A program made the position numbers and the translations under genes. A model generated the notes under the pieces. It was not told the DNA's origin. It did no database searches and saw only the letters and a program-made list of their open reading frames with translations. Source: Escherichia phage HMD-9. Taken from it: a stretch of 64,000 nt of DNA. How positions within the stretch are numbered: the stretch's first letter is position 1; every line of letters begins with the position of its first letter. The DNA lies in the sequence record PV287714.1. The stretch is one strand, 5' to 3'. Shown here piece after piece: positions 31,531 through 44,333 of the stretch.

Positions 31531-31707
31531 TTATGCTTTCTGCTTACCAAAACGAGAAGCATCATCTCGAAGAACCGCACGTGCTCGGCGCATGATCTTC
31601 TCAACAGTTTGATTGATACGAGAGTTCGACCCACGCTTGTAACCAGCGCGTTTAGAATCACCAACTTTCTTTTCAACTGCTTTCTTTGCTTTAGCTTGTT
31701 TTGCCAT
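31531..31707 (-). CDS. small basic protein (58 aa)
   Basis: ORF-track ORF trimmed to the ATG with AAGAGAA RBS; Lys/Arg-rich MAKQAKAKKAVEKK... Confidence 0.45.
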   Translation of the reverse strand: MAKQAKAKKAVEKKVGDSKRAGYKRGSNSRINQTVEKIMRRARAVLRDDASRFGKQKA

Positions 31708-31901
31708 TATAAATTCTCTTTTAAATGAAAATGCAGGACTTATTGGCATTGCCTGCGCAGGCCCTCAAGGGGAACATAGGTTTTGAGTATTTACCGACAG
31801 GATAACCATAAACCTCGTCAACATTCAAGAGGTACACCGTAAAACAAAGTTCGACGGCTCCTCGATTTTAGCTCACACTAAGGCAGTGACTCTCCAATAA
31901 A

Positions 31902-32150
31902 TTACTTCAGTGTTACCACAAAGTGACGAACTGCTTTTCGTGCGGCAGAAGCCAGAGGCTTAGCATACTTAAGTTCATCTTTTTCCTGGAGCTCAGCGGC
32001 TAATGCAGTTTGAGCAGGATTCAGATGTTTGAAATAACGCAGGATTTCAAGAGCTTCGGCTTCAACATCAATAGATGCGCCATAGTTTTCGTGACCATTA
32101 TTCCATGCGTTTCGTTGCAGTTCAAGAGCGTGTTGTAATTGTTTAATCAT
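31902..32150 (-). CDS. rIII: rIII lysis-inhibition accessory protein
   Basis: 82-aa ORF directly downstream of gene 31; size/position as T4 rIII. Confidence 0.7.
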   Translation of the reverse strand: MIKQLQHALELQRNAWNNGHENYGASIDVEAEALEILRYFKHLNPAQTALAAELQEKDELKYAKPLASAARKAVRHFVVTLK

Positions 32151-32297
32151 TTAAAAATTCTCGTTAGAGATTAAAACTCGGTAGTCACGTTCTTCTGAAT
32201 TTCATCTTCTTTCGACAGATCTCTCAGTTGTAGACTACCACGTAGAATTGTTCGGTTAACTTATTATTCCGACACCCAATTCATATTATTATTTATA

Positions 32298-32633
32298 TCA
32301 CTTATAAAGACACGGAATAGCTTTATAGTGACAAGTAACGAATTTTTGTTTAATTTCTTTTGGCTGCTTAAGACCCAGAGCTACAAAAGGATGCGGAACG
32401 TTTCGAATTTGACCAACTGGAAGAGAAGTCAAATCACCAACTTCGCAGAAACCTTCAGGAACATCAGGACCAACAGAGTGAACTACACACAGTTCAGGAA
32501 CTTCACCTTGGACACGTTTACCGATAATAAGTCCTGATTCTGTAACTTCTTCATCGCCGGCTTGTGCAGGTTCAGAAACTAAAATAACATATTCACCGAC
32601 AGCACGAATTGGTAGCTGTTGTACTTCAGACAT
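32298..32633 (-). CDS. 31: co-chaperonin for GroEL (GroES analogue)
   Basis: 111-aa ORF; size/position as T4 gp31. Confidence 0.88.
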
Positions 32634-32689
32634 CGTTTTTCCTTTTTGTTAACAGATGAATTAATAATAACAAATAATTCTTAAAGCAT

Positions 32690-32998
32690 TTATTTACCAA
32701 TAAATTGAAGCAAATGCTCAACTTTCATACCATTAACAGAAATCAATTTGTCAATAGAAAAACCTCGCCATGCACCTAGTTCAACATCAAATACTGGAAT
32801 CATATCAGTAGATTCTTTCCGAGTAGATTCAGTCAATTTACCGGTTTGCATGGTTGGCATAAAGTCAGCATCACGAGTGCCTTTCATAGTACGAATAGTA
32901 CCATCAGACTTTTCAAAAACCACGTTTGAAATACCCATGGACAATTTAGTTTTCAAAATTTCACGAATTGCTACTTTCTGTTCAGTTGTCAGTTTCAT
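32690..32998 (-). CDS. hypothetical protein (31.1 position)
   Basis: 102-aa ORF. Confidence 0.55.
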   Translation of the reverse strand: MKLTTEQKVAIREILKTKLSMGISNVVFEKSDGTIRTMKGTRDADFMPTMQTGKLTESTRKESTDMIPVFDVELGAWRGFSIDKLISVNGMKVEHLLQFIGK

Positions 32999-33235
32999 TT
33001 ATTTACCTATCACAGTTTTAATATGAGTTGTTCCACGTTCTTTAAGAGTGGAAAGCAATTTTTGGCATTTTTCTAGATCAGATTTCCAACTATACGGTTT
33101 ATCAATACAAACCCAGTTTGACTTATAATACTGCTTCCATTTAGAGAAAAAATACTTCTTATACTCTACAGCAAATGAAATATTCTCGTTAGAATAAGAA
33201 CTAATTGCTGTGAGCTGTACCAAACGAAATTTCAT
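32999..33235 (-). CDS. hypothetical protein (31.2 position)
   Basis: 78-aa ORF. Confidence 0.5.
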   Translation of the reverse strand: MKFRLVQLTAISSYSNENISFAVEYKKYFFSKWKQYYKSNWVCIDKPYSWKSDLEKCQKLLSTLKERGTTHIKTVIGK

Positions 33236-33816
33236 TATTCACCACAGAATTCGTTGATATTTTCCCAATTTAACTTATTCAAGTTTTTCTTAGGAACATT
33301 AAACACTTCAATACCTGCATTTCGCAGAATATCATCCCAGCCAGGTTTATTCTTATCGTATGTTTCGCAATAAACCAGCTTTTTAATTCCAGATTGAGCT
33401 ATCGCTTTTGCACAATCTGGGCAAGGAGAAAGTGTTACATACATAGTAGCACCTTCAATTGAAGAACCGTTTCGTGCAGCAAACAAAATCGCATTTAGTT
33501 CAGCATGAATTTCATTTTTAGACGACCATTCAGAGTGAGCGCTACGGTGTTCTTTCGCCAAGACAAAGCGATCAATTGAACCAAACGATACACATTCAGG
33601 CTTATGACCTTGAATGATAGTATGTTTAGGCTTATTCAGCAACCAGCCTTGTTCAGCAGCATAATCACAGCAATTCACACCACCCGCTGGAGAACCGTTA
33701 TATCCGGTAGAAATAATACGTCCATTCTTTTCAATTACTGCTCCTACCTTCCAGGAGCAACATTTGGATTCTTGTGATACTAAATATGCAATTTGAAGTA
33801 CTGTACTCGCTTTCAT
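33235..33816 (-). CDS. cd: dCMP deaminase
   Basis: 193-aa ORF with zinc-deaminase motifs HAELNAI and PCPDCAKAI; size as T4 Cd. Confidence 0.92.
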   Translation of the reverse strand: MKASTVLQIAYLVSQESKCCSWKVGAVIEKNGRIISTGYNGSPAGGVNCCDYAAEQGWLLNKPKHTIIQGHKPECVSFGSIDRFVLAKEHRSAHSEWSSKNEIHAELNAILFAARNGSSIEGATMYVTLSPCPDCAKAIAQSGIKKLVYCETYDKNKPGWDDILRNAGIEVFNVPKKNLNKLNWENINEFCGE

Positions 33817-34151
33817 TTCATAATCACCAGATAAGCAGATTTAGCAGTTTCAACACGATAAATTTCGTGACGAAGTTTAGTTATACTTTTAATAACAGAA
33901 CTAATTATATTCTGCCCATCTTTAAAGCGGTTTTTCTTATCAATAAAAATTGCACCAGCCATCTTTTTGTGAAGCTCAACTGGATACTTCGTCACAATAA
34001 TAGCATCATACACAGAAGGATGAATACTATTCACTAGAGTATCATTCATTAAAGTTATTCTAATGAACTGTGCTGTTTCAGAATCAAGCGCTCTATGATC
34101 GCCAGTATCATTTTCAAGACAATTATCAATTATATCAGTTAAATTCATCAT
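33813..34151 (-). CDS. hypothetical protein (cd.1 position)
   Basis: 112-aa ORF coupled to cd. Confidence 0.5.
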   Translation of the reverse strand: MMNLTDIIDNCLENDTGDHRALDSETAQFIRITLMNDTLVNSIHPSVYDAIIVTKYPVELHKKMAGAIFIDKKNRFKDGQNIISSVIKSITKLRHEIYRVETAKSAYLVIMK

Positions 34152-34384
34152 AGTACGCCATACACCCTTTGTGCTTCAACTAATCCATCAAAATCCAGTT
34201 TGAGATGTGTTATTTGGTCACCATCACCTGGATTCACAGTTACTAATACTGAACGAGGAGTTTCGGTAATAACACGAACCGATGTTTCTGGAAATCGTTC
34301 AGAAACCTTATTTACCAATTCTTGAGCAAATAGTTTAACTTTTTCTTGGAATTCTTTAACAGTAATTGGTTTTTCACTTAGCAT
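34148..34384 (-). CDS. hypothetical small protein
   Basis: 78-aa ORF with GAGGAAA RBS. Confidence 0.5.
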   Translation of the reverse strand: MLSEKPITVKEFQEKVKLFAQELVNKVSERFPETSVRVITETPRSVLVTVNPGDGDQITHLKLDFDGLVEAQRVYGVL

Positions 34385-34414
34385 TTCAATTTCCTCATTT
34401 GTTTTGGTAAAGCT

Positions 34415-34444
34415 ATAATATCACAACTCTACCGTAAAGTAAAC
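34415..34444 (-). promoter_or_regulatory. early promoter (GTTTAC -35, TATTAT -10)
   Basis: Minus strand GTTTAC-N18-TATTAT upstream of ORF 34148-34384. Confidence 0.45.
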
Positions 34445-34446
34445 TG

Positions 34447-34722
34447 TTAAATTGCCTTGAATTCTGATGTCTGTGATTCAAAGCGAATATCGCCTTTGAT
34501 GACTAGCTCAGCATCAAGACCAAATACGACAATGATATGCGCAGAACCTGGATACAGCGTAATGGCAATAGAATCCACCTGGTCTGGAAGCAAAGTGTTC
34601 AATACATGAGTCACTTGAGCATGAATTCGAAGCTCAGCTGCATTATCAAGCTTTTCAAACATGTTATTAGCGATAATTTGGCTAAACACTACTTCTACGA
34701 TTTTAGAGTAAGTCGGAAACAT
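34447..34722 (-). CDS. hypothetical protein
   Basis: 91-aa ORF. Confidence 0.5.
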   Translation of the reverse strand: MFPTYSKIVEVVFSQIIANNMFEKLDNAAELRIHAQVTHVLNTLLPDQVDSIAITLYPGSAHIIVVFGLDAELVIKGDIRFESQTSEFKAI

Positions 34723-34724
34723 AT

Positions 34725-34925
34725 TTACCTCACATAATTTTCTTCAAGCCAATCAATAACATCCAAAGCGTTATCAAAAATTGAACCATCTACTTTGTCT
34801 TCTGTTTCATAATCAAGAACATCTAAGCCTACTCTTCCATCAACAATAGGCCATAAACAAAATAGATATTTCTTTTCTTTTTCAATTTTATCACAAAGAC
34901 GATAAATCTTTTCTATATTATTCAT
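34725..34925 (-). CDS. hypothetical small protein
   Basis: 66-aa ORF. Confidence 0.45.
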   Translation of the reverse strand: MNNIEKIYRLCDKIEKEKKYLFCLWPIVDGRVGLDVLDYETEDKVDGSIFDNALDVIDWLEENYVR

Positions 34926-35114
34926 AAGTTTTCCATGGTAAAGGTAGTTTAGTTTTCTTTACTGTTAGTTCAATATCAGGATTCTTTTCTCTTAATTTAA
35001 GGCATTCCTCCCAAGCTCTTATTTCACTAGTGAATACACAAAATTGCCCATTACTAGTACCAACTAAACCGCTATTTACAATAACAATAGACCAAGTTTC
35101 ATGATGCCAAGCCA

Positions 35115-35115
<1 letters not shown>
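34918..35115 (-). CDS. hypothetical small protein
   Basis: 65-aa ORF. Confidence 0.45.
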
Positions 35116-36333
<1,218 letters not shown>

Positions 36334-36337
<4 letters not shown>

Positions 36338-36564
36338 TTATTTTCCTCAACCAGTGATTGAATATAATCATGCAGGTCTTTAGATGCTTTGCCCCACTTA
36401 TTTTGATATTCATTTTTAAGATTAGCACGTGATTGAGCTAATAAAACATCATTAGTTGGAGGTAAAGATTCTAACCGCTGAATCTGGCGTCCATAAATCA
36501 TTGCAGCCATCTCGGATTCATAAATCAATCCTTTGAGATGTTCAAATTGATGCCATGAAATCAT
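36334..36564 (-). CDS. hypothetical small protein
   Basis: 76-aa ORF. Confidence 0.5.
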
Positions 36565-36860
36565 TTACATTTATCCTCTTTTAGCTCTTGACGATAATAA
36601 CATATCATGGTTTTTTGGTCATGTACATATCGTTTTACATCATTAAGCCAAATACGAAATTCCTGGGAATCTTCGAATGGCATACCGACCCAAGCTTTAC
36701 CATCAATAACTTTAACTTGCCAGGATAGTTTAGCTTCATCATATGACTTTATCTGCACAGGCCAATTAGGATGAACTGTTTCTTTCTTTACTTCTAGAGG
36801 CTTTGTCGAACAACCAACTAGAAGACCAATAGATAATATTACTGCTGATAGTTTAATCAT
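36561..36860 (-). CDS. o-spanin (outer-membrane lipoprotein; T4 pseT.2-like)
   Basis: 99-aa ORF with signal peptide and lipobox LLVGC. Confidence 0.7.
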   Translation of the reverse strand: MIKLSAVILSIGLLVGCSTKPLEVKKETVHPNWPVQIKSYDEAKLSWQVKVIDGKAWVGMPFEDSQEFRIWLNDVKRYVHDQKTMICYYRQELKEDKCK

Positions 36861-37210
36861 TTAGAAAGTTCCTGGATGTCTTCTGCGAACTTGTTGAAGG
36901 AGTTGTTGATTTGTTTTTCAACCAATCCTGGCTTATGAGCCACCACATCCGCCTTCTTTGCGTCTTTGCGCAGTTTTTCATTTTCACGCTCAATAGCAGC
37001 AATTGCCTCACGATTTTTATTATTCATCGCATCAATATAATTATACTGAATTCGCAAATTATCTAATGCTAAAGCGTTTTCATTGGCCGTTTTTGTAATT
37101 TCAGTAACCGATGTTTCTAATCTTTCTACCTTATTTTTTAAAATAATAGATGTTCCGCCAAATGCTATTACAAGTAATAGCAATCCAGCTGTAAAATTAC
37201 TTACATGCAT
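36857..37210 (-). CDS. i-spanin (T4 pseT.3-like)
   Basis: 117-aa ORF: N-terminal transmembrane helix followed by coiled-coil periplasmic domain; directly upstream of o-spanin. Confidence 0.7.
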   Translation of the reverse strand: MHVSNFTAGLLLLVIAFGGTSIILKNKVERLETSVTEITKTANENALALDNLRIQYNYIDAMNNKNREAIAAIERENEKLRKDAKKADVVAHKPGLVEKQINNSFNKFAEDIQELSK

Positions 37211-37707
37211 AAAGTTTTAATAACCTCTATAATATCGTCTTGAGAAAGACCGTTAATTAAAATATGATGTTCAGCCGGAGATTTAGAAATTTTAAAGCAT
37301 GCCTCAACATCTTCTGCCATATCCGATGCGCTACGATTTGGATTACTAATTCCAAGACGATGTTTTCCCGTTAAAGGATTAACGATGATATAGCATTTAC
37401 AATTGTTAATATGAACATTAGGTTGAGTCTGATTAATGAACACATCACAATCATATTTCGCAAGCTGATTTTCTAAAAAGACTTTCATCTCCTCAACCGC
37501 ATCAGGAAGCATATCACGGGCTTGCTCAAGACGACGATTTCGATATTCTTTAATGGTCGTTTTCCGCTTGACTTGCTTAGCTAAATCTTTCTTAAGATCG
37601 GTGATATATCCAACTCGACGATTTCCTTTAAATACAGAAATCCCATCTGTAGTATCACCGTATGCTTCAACGACCATTTCAGTAGTAATAAGCTGTAAAT
37701 CCATCAT
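37201..37707 (-). CDS. alc: Alc, inhibitor of host transcription on cytosine-containing DNA
   Basis: 168-codon ORF beginning ATGATG (second ATG gives 167 aa as T4 Alc). Confidence 0.8.
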   Translation of the reverse strand: MMDLQLITTEMVVEAYGDTTDGISVFKGNRRVGYITDLKKDLAKQVKRKTTIKEYRNRRLEQARDMLPDAVEEMKVFLENQLAKYDCDVFINQTQPNVHINNCKCYIIVNPLTGKHRLGISNPNRSASDMAEDVEACFKISKSPAEHHILINGLSQDDIIEVIKTLCM

Positions 37708-37736
37708 AAAGTCCTCATGTTATGTCAGTAAGACTA

Positions 37737-37766
37737 CTGTAACACAACACGAGGGACTTGTAAACA
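37737..37766 (-). promoter_or_regulatory. early promoter (GTTTAC -35, TACAGT -10), near-identical copy of the 24209-24238 promoter
   Basis: 53-nt block 37713-37766 differs from 24186-24238 at only 3 positions. Confidence 0.6.
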
Positions 37767-37768
37767 GC

Positions 37769-39356
<1,588 letters not shown>

Positions 39357-39383
39357 AATAAAATGGGCCTTGCGGCCCACTCC

Positions 39384-40562
39384 TTAAAAGTATTTTTTAA
39401 AACTCATCATAACTTTATCATCAACATCATTATCAATCTGTGCTACAAGATAAGATGACAGTTCTACTTCTTGCGGTGCAGATTGAACATTATCAGAATT
39501 AAGATATTCACGAATCCAAGGATACGGATGTTTAACCGGAGCATCGGTAATTGGACATGGAAGACCACACTGTTTCATACGAGATACAGTTAAGTAATCA
39601 ATAAAGCTCCACATGCTATTTGTATTTAATCCAGGAACATCGCCATCTTTAAATAAATGAACTGCCCAATCTTTTTCTTGGCGGTTAACTTCCATGAAAA
39701 TATCAACTGCTTCTTGTTCACACTCTTGAGCAATTTTAACCCATTCATCGCCATCAGTACCGGATTGAAGTTGACGAATAATATATTGAGTGCCTTTAAG
39801 GTGAAGCTGCTCATCACGAGCAATGAACTTCATAATCTTGGCATTACCTTCCATGATTTCCATGTTTTTGTGGAAGTTAAATGTACAGGCGAAAGATACA
39901 TAAAAACGAATAGCTTCCAATGCGTTGATTACATGAAGGCAGAGGTAAAGAGATTTCATTAGCGCTCGTTTAGCTTCGGCTTCTTGTTTAATAGCTCGAT
40001 TTAAACGAAAATCAGCATCAGGAGATTCTTTAGCTAGTTCTACGAATTCTTTAGCATTTTCCCATTCACGGGTCTTCTTAAGAACATCATCGTAGTAGCG
40101 ACCAATGGACTCGGCACGTTTCATAATATCTTCATCTAATACAATCTCATCAAATACCTTTGACGGATCAGTATAAAGATTTCGCATAATATGAGTGTAT
40201 GAACGACTGTGAATAGTTTCGCTAAAAGTCCATGTAGCAACCCATGTATCAAGACTTGGGTCTGAAATTAACGACATAAGTACAGCAGACGGTGCACGAC
40301 CCTGAATGCTATCTAGAAGTGATTGATACTTCAGGTTATTAGTAAAAATATCTTGCTGATACTGAGGAAGCTTGTTAAATTGTGCAGCATCCATCATCAA
40401 GTTTACTTCTTCCGGACGCCAGAAAAATGACAAAGACTTCTCAATAAGTTCTTCAAATACTCGATGCCGTTGAATATCATATCGAGCTAAACCCAATCCA
40501 GAACCAAAAAACATCGGCTCAGTCAAAATATTAACAGGTGATGTATTAAAAACAGTACTCAT
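39384..40562 (-). CDS. nrdB: ribonucleotide reductase small (R2) subunit, uninterrupted
   Basis: 392-aa continuous ORF with no intron-like interruption. Confidence 0.93.
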   Translation of the reverse strand: MSTVFNTSPVNILTEPMFFGSGLGLARYDIQRHRVFEELIEKSLSFFWRPEEVNLMMDAAQFNKLPQYQQDIFTNNLKYQSLLDSIQGRAPSAVLMSLISDPSLDTWVATWTFSETIHSRSYTHIMRNLYTDPSKVFDEIVLDEDIMKRAESIGRYYDDVLKKTREWENAKEFVELAKESPDADFRLNRAIKQEAEAKRALMKSLYLCLHVINALEAIRFYVSFACTFNFHKNMEIMEGNAKIMKFIARDEQLHLKGTQYIIRQLQSGTDGDEWVKIAQECEQEAVDIFMEVNRQEKDWAVHLFKDGDVPGLNTNSMWSFIDYLTVSRMKQCGLPCPITDAPVKHPYPWIREYLNSDNVQSAPQEVELSSYLVAQIDNDVDDKVMMSFKKYF

Positions 40563-41200
40563 TTAGAATCCTTAAATTTACATTTATCATAATGCCATCT
40601 TAAAGCATTACCTTTATTAACTTTCTTTCCACAATGCGGACACGGCGGATACTCTGCACCTTGTTTAGTTCTCAAAGAAATCAAATCGCGGGTTTCTTTA
40701 GTATGAGGAACATCTCTCGTTGGAGAGATTGTACCATACATTGGATTAAGCACGCCGACTTTAGCAGCAGCTATATTCTTTTTAGCTTCTTCAGTTTTAG
40801 GTTTTCTCATGCGAGCTAAATGCTCTTTAGTAAATTTCCTTCCTTTAAGAGCTCTACTTATCTTTTCTCTGGTTTCTATAGAAACTTCACGTCCTATAGC
40901 AGCTCCAGACAAACGTCGTCTACCTAATTCGTATAGTTGAGAAGAAATTTTATATGAGCGATTTTTACCAGTCAAGCACATTAAACCAAAAGCTTTCTTT
41001 AATCCCGGGGTGTCATATATTTTACATAAAAGCCAATGCGCTATAAAATGCTCTCTACCTGTTAATTCAACTAAATTTTCTTTATCATCAGAACCTCCCA
41101 TACATCTAGGGATTATATGATGAGTCTCTTTATATCCTAATAAAGGTTCCCGGGTTTGTGCCCGGGAAATTAAACTGTTATATACGTTTTGATAATTCAT
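40559..41200 (-). mobile_element. mobE: free-standing HNH homing endonuclease (MobE-like) between nrdA and nrdB
   Basis: 213-aa ORF with HNH motif HHIIPRCMGGSDDKENLVELTGREHFIAH and C-terminal CxxC pair; overlaps nrdA stop (TAATG) and nrdB start (ATGA). Confidence 0.75.
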
Positions 41201-43464
41201 TACAATTTACACGCTGCGCAATCTTCAGCTTTTGGAGTTTCTATTTCATAATCATCAGTACCGGAACCATCACGAGTATTATGATAATAGAAGTTTTTAA
41301 TGCCATAATACCATCCGTATAGCATGTCATCAATCATTACAGACATTGGAACCTTTCCTTTTGGAAAAATCTGCGGGTCATAATATGTATTCGCTGAAGC
41401 TGATTGACATACCCATTTAAGCATAATAGCTACCTGCGTAAGATAAGGTTTATTACCTTTCTTAGCTAATTTCCATGTATAATCATATAGGTCTATGTTA
41501 TGTTCAATATTGGGCACGACTTGATTAAAGGAACCCTCTTTTGATTCTTTAACAGAGACTGGTCCGCGTGGAGGCTCGATACCGTTTGTACTGTTGGAAA
41601 CTTGGGAAGATGACTCACATGGCATAAGTGCTGATAATGTGCTATTACGGATGCCAAAGAGCTTAAGGTCTTCCCGCAGCGACGACCAGTCACAAACGTA
41701 TTTTGGAGCTGCGATTTGGTCAATCTTTTTATTGTACCAGTCGATAGGTAATTCGCCTCGAGACCAACGAGTGTCTGAATAATATTCGCAAGGTCCTTTT
41801 TCTTTGGCGAGCTTAATGGATGCTTTAATGAGTCCATACTGTAGTCTCTCAAATAGTTCATGTGTTAAATCGTTAGCATCTTCATAAGAAGCAAAGTTAC
41901 TTGCCAGCCAAGCTGCATAGTTAGTAACACCTACACCAAGATTTCGACGCTTTTTAGCTTTTTCTGCTTCAGGAACTGGATATCCTTGGTAATCCAAAAG
42001 ATTATCAAGAGCGCGAACTTGAACTTCTGCCAATTCATTAATTTTATCTTGGTCTTGCCAATCGAAGTTATCTAACACAAATGCAGATAACGTACACAAT
42101 CCAATTTCGGCATCAGGACTATTCACATCATTTGTTGGAATAGCAATTTCACAACACAAGTTACTCTGACGAATAGGTGCCTTTTCACGAATAAACGGAG
42201 TATAGTTATTCGTATTATCAATGAACTGTACATAAATCCTTGCTGTTCCTGATCGTTCAGTCATGAGCAATTCAAACAGTTCACGGGCTTTAATACGCTT
42301 TTTACGAATATTAGGGTCTTTTTCTGCGGCTTCGTATAATTCACGGAAACGGTCTTGGTCTTTAAAATAAGAATAATAAAGCTCACCACCCATTTCATGT
42401 GGACTGAACAAAGTAATGTAGTCGTTCTTTCCAAAACGTTCCATCATTAGGTCATTCAGCTGGACGCCATAATCCATATGACGGATACGGTTTTCTTCTA
42501 CGCCTTTGTTATTTTTCAAAACGAGAAGATTTTCAACTTCCAAATGCCAAATAGGATAATAAGCAGTAGCAGCGCCGCCACGAATTCCACCCTGTGAGCA
42601 TGATTTAACAGCAGTCTGAAAATGTTTCCAAAAAGGAATAACACCAGTATGACGTACTTCACCTGTACCAATCTTAGAACCTTCGGCACGAATCATACCA
42701 ACGTTAATACCAATTCCAGCGCGTTTGGAGATATATTCAACAATTGAAGCGGAAGCCTTGTTGATAGACTTCAGCGAATCACCCGCCTCAATAACAACGC
42801 ATGAACTAAACTGCCGAGTTGGAGTACGGCAACCAGCCATAATAGGAGTTGGTAATGAAATCTGTCGAGTAGATACTGCTTCATAAAAACGAATAACGTG
42901 TTTTAGTCTATCAACAGGTTCATCTTGATGCAATGCCATTCCAATAGTCATAAATGCAAACTGTGGAGTTTCATAAATTTGACCAGTGGTTTTATCTTTA
43001 ACTAGATATTTTTCTTTTAATTGCATCGCCCCGGAATAAGTAAATTCCATATCCCGCTCATGCTTAATTTTTGATTCTAAAAATGTAATTTCTTCTGCTG
43101 AATATTTTGACAGCAGTTCAGGGTCATATTTACCTTCATTTACACAGTAAGAAATATGGTCAATAAATGAACGGGGCTCATACTGCCCGTAAACATGCTT
43201 ACGAAGAGCGAACATTAAACAGCGTGCAGCTACATATTGATAATCAGGCTCTTCAACTGAAATAGAATTCGCAGCAGCCTTAATTACAATGGTTTGAATG
43301 TCATCAGTGGTCATTCCATCACGGAGATATGATTTAATATTTTCATATAATTCATAAGGATCTACAGATGTTCCTTCAGCTGCCCAAGATAAAACTTTAA
43401 TAATTTTTTGCGGGTCAAAGCTCTGAGAAACACCACTACTTTTGATAACATTAATTAATTGCAT
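41200..43464 (-). CDS. nrdA: ribonucleotide reductase large (R1) subunit
   Basis: 754-aa ORF; size as T4 NrdA. Confidence 0.95.
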   Translation of the reverse strand: MQLINVIKSSGVSQSFDPQKIIKVLSWAAEGTSVDPYELYENIKSYLRDGMTTDDIQTIVIKAAANSISVEEPDYQYVAARCLMFALRKHVYGQYEPRSFIDHISYCVNEGKYDPELLSKYSAEEITFLESKIKHERDMEFTYSGAMQLKEKYLVKDKTTGQIYETPQFAFMTIGMALHQDEPVDRLKHVIRFYEAVSTRQISLPTPIMAGCRTPTRQFSSCVVIEAGDSLKSINKASASIVEYISKRAGIGINVGMIRAEGSKIGTGEVRHTGVIPFWKHFQTAVKSCSQGGIRGGAATAYYPIWHLEVENLLVLKNNKGVEENRIRHMDYGVQLNDLMMERFGKNDYITLFSPHEMGGELYYSYFKDQDRFRELYEAAEKDPNIRKKRIKARELFELLMTERSGTARIYVQFIDNTNNYTPFIREKAPIRQSNLCCEIAIPTNDVNSPDAEIGLCTLSAFVLDNFDWQDQDKINELAEVQVRALDNLLDYQGYPVPEAEKAKKRRNLGVGVTNYAAWLASNFASYEDANDLTHELFERLQYGLIKASIKLAKEKGPCEYYSDTRWSRGELPIDWYNKKIDQIAAPKYVCDWSSLREDLKLFGIRNSTLSALMPCESSSQVSNSTNGIEPPRGPVSVKESKEGSFNQVVPNIEHNIDLYDYTWKLAKKGNKPYLTQVAIMLKWVCQSASANTYYDPQIFPKGKVPMSVMIDDMLYGWYYGIKNFYYHNTRDGSGTDDYEIETPKAEDCAACKL

Positions 43465-43781
43465 AAGTCCTCAACTTGAAAATCGTCTTTAAACAATCGG
43501 TTAACTATATGAGCTATTATATCACCATGACACGGCTTTGGTTTACATGTGCATCCTAGCCTCATTCCACGTAAAGGCTCTAAATGTGCTTTAGTTATTT
43601 CTCCGGATTTAATTCGACGTATAAAATCTTTTTTGAATAATTCAATGGCAGCCTCCCGGCTGCCAGCATCTTTACCGACGTAATTTCCCCAAAATGTACC
43701 ACGGTGAATATTAACATCAAAGTCGGATTTATATTTATTCACTACCTGGCATAGACGGCCCGCGCGGTGATAATTCGTCAT
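43455..43781 (-). CDS. hypothetical protein (start uncertain)
   Basis: 108-aa ORF; its first 47 nt overlap the upstream ORF, so the true start may be the internal GTG. Confidence 0.5.
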   Translation of the reverse strand: MTNYHRAGRLCQVVNKYKSDFDVNIHRGTFWGNYVGKDAGSREAAIELFKKDFIRRIKSGEITKAHLEPLRGMRLGCTCKPKPCHGDIIAHIVNRLFKDDFQVEDLCN

Positions 43782-43998
43782 ATTGTTTTTCCGTTAAAAC
43801 AGTAATATCATAGTAACAATCTGAAGAAGTTTTAACTGTAGAAATTTTATTATCAAAATACTCACGAGTCATTTTATGAGTATAATATTTTTTGCCGTAA
43901 ATGATAATAGGCTGATTTGGTCCTGGAACTTCTAACTCGCTTGGGTTAGGAAGTGTAAAAAGAACTACACCAGAAGTATCTTTAAATCGTAAAATCAT
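43735..43998 (-). CDS. hypothetical protein
   Basis: 87-aa ORF with GTGAGGA RBS. Confidence 0.5.
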   Translation of the reverse strand: MILRFKDTSGVVLFTLPNPSELEVPGPNQPIIIYGKKYYTHKMTREYFDNKISTVKTSSDCYYDITVLTEKQYDELSPRGPSMPGSE

Positions 43999-44021
43999 AT
44001 ATCCTCACAATTAATAATTAA

Positions 44022-44333
44022 TTACACCGCCATTTTTCCTTTAATAGGAGGGTGTGATTCGTAACCTTTAAGAACGAAATCTTTAGGCCTGAGTTTAAGA
44101 ATGTATTCCAATTGTTCTTTAGTAGAAAGATAACGGAATTTATAAGGCAATCCGCCTATTACCAGTTCACAAAGCTCTTTAGGTTCACGACGCAAAATTT
44201 CTTTACATTGTTCTACGTGATTCATATAGATATGAGTATTACCGCCAGAAAATATCAAATCTCCTGGAATAAGATTACACATCTTAGCTACAATATGAAC
44301 CAACGCAGCATATGATGCAATGTTGAATGGAAG
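44022..44333 (-). CDS. td: thymidylate synthase, exon 2 (103 codons + stop)
   Basis: Begins CTT CCA TTC (LPF...) immediately after intron 3' end ...CATAATG; exon1+exon2 = 286 aa, the T4 TS length. Confidence 0.9.
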   Translation of the reverse strand, partial: LPFNIASYAALVHIVAKMCNLIPGDLIFSGGNTHIYMNHVEQCKEILRREPKELCELVIGGLPYKFRYLSTKEQLEYILKLRPKDFVLKGYESHPPIKGKMAV

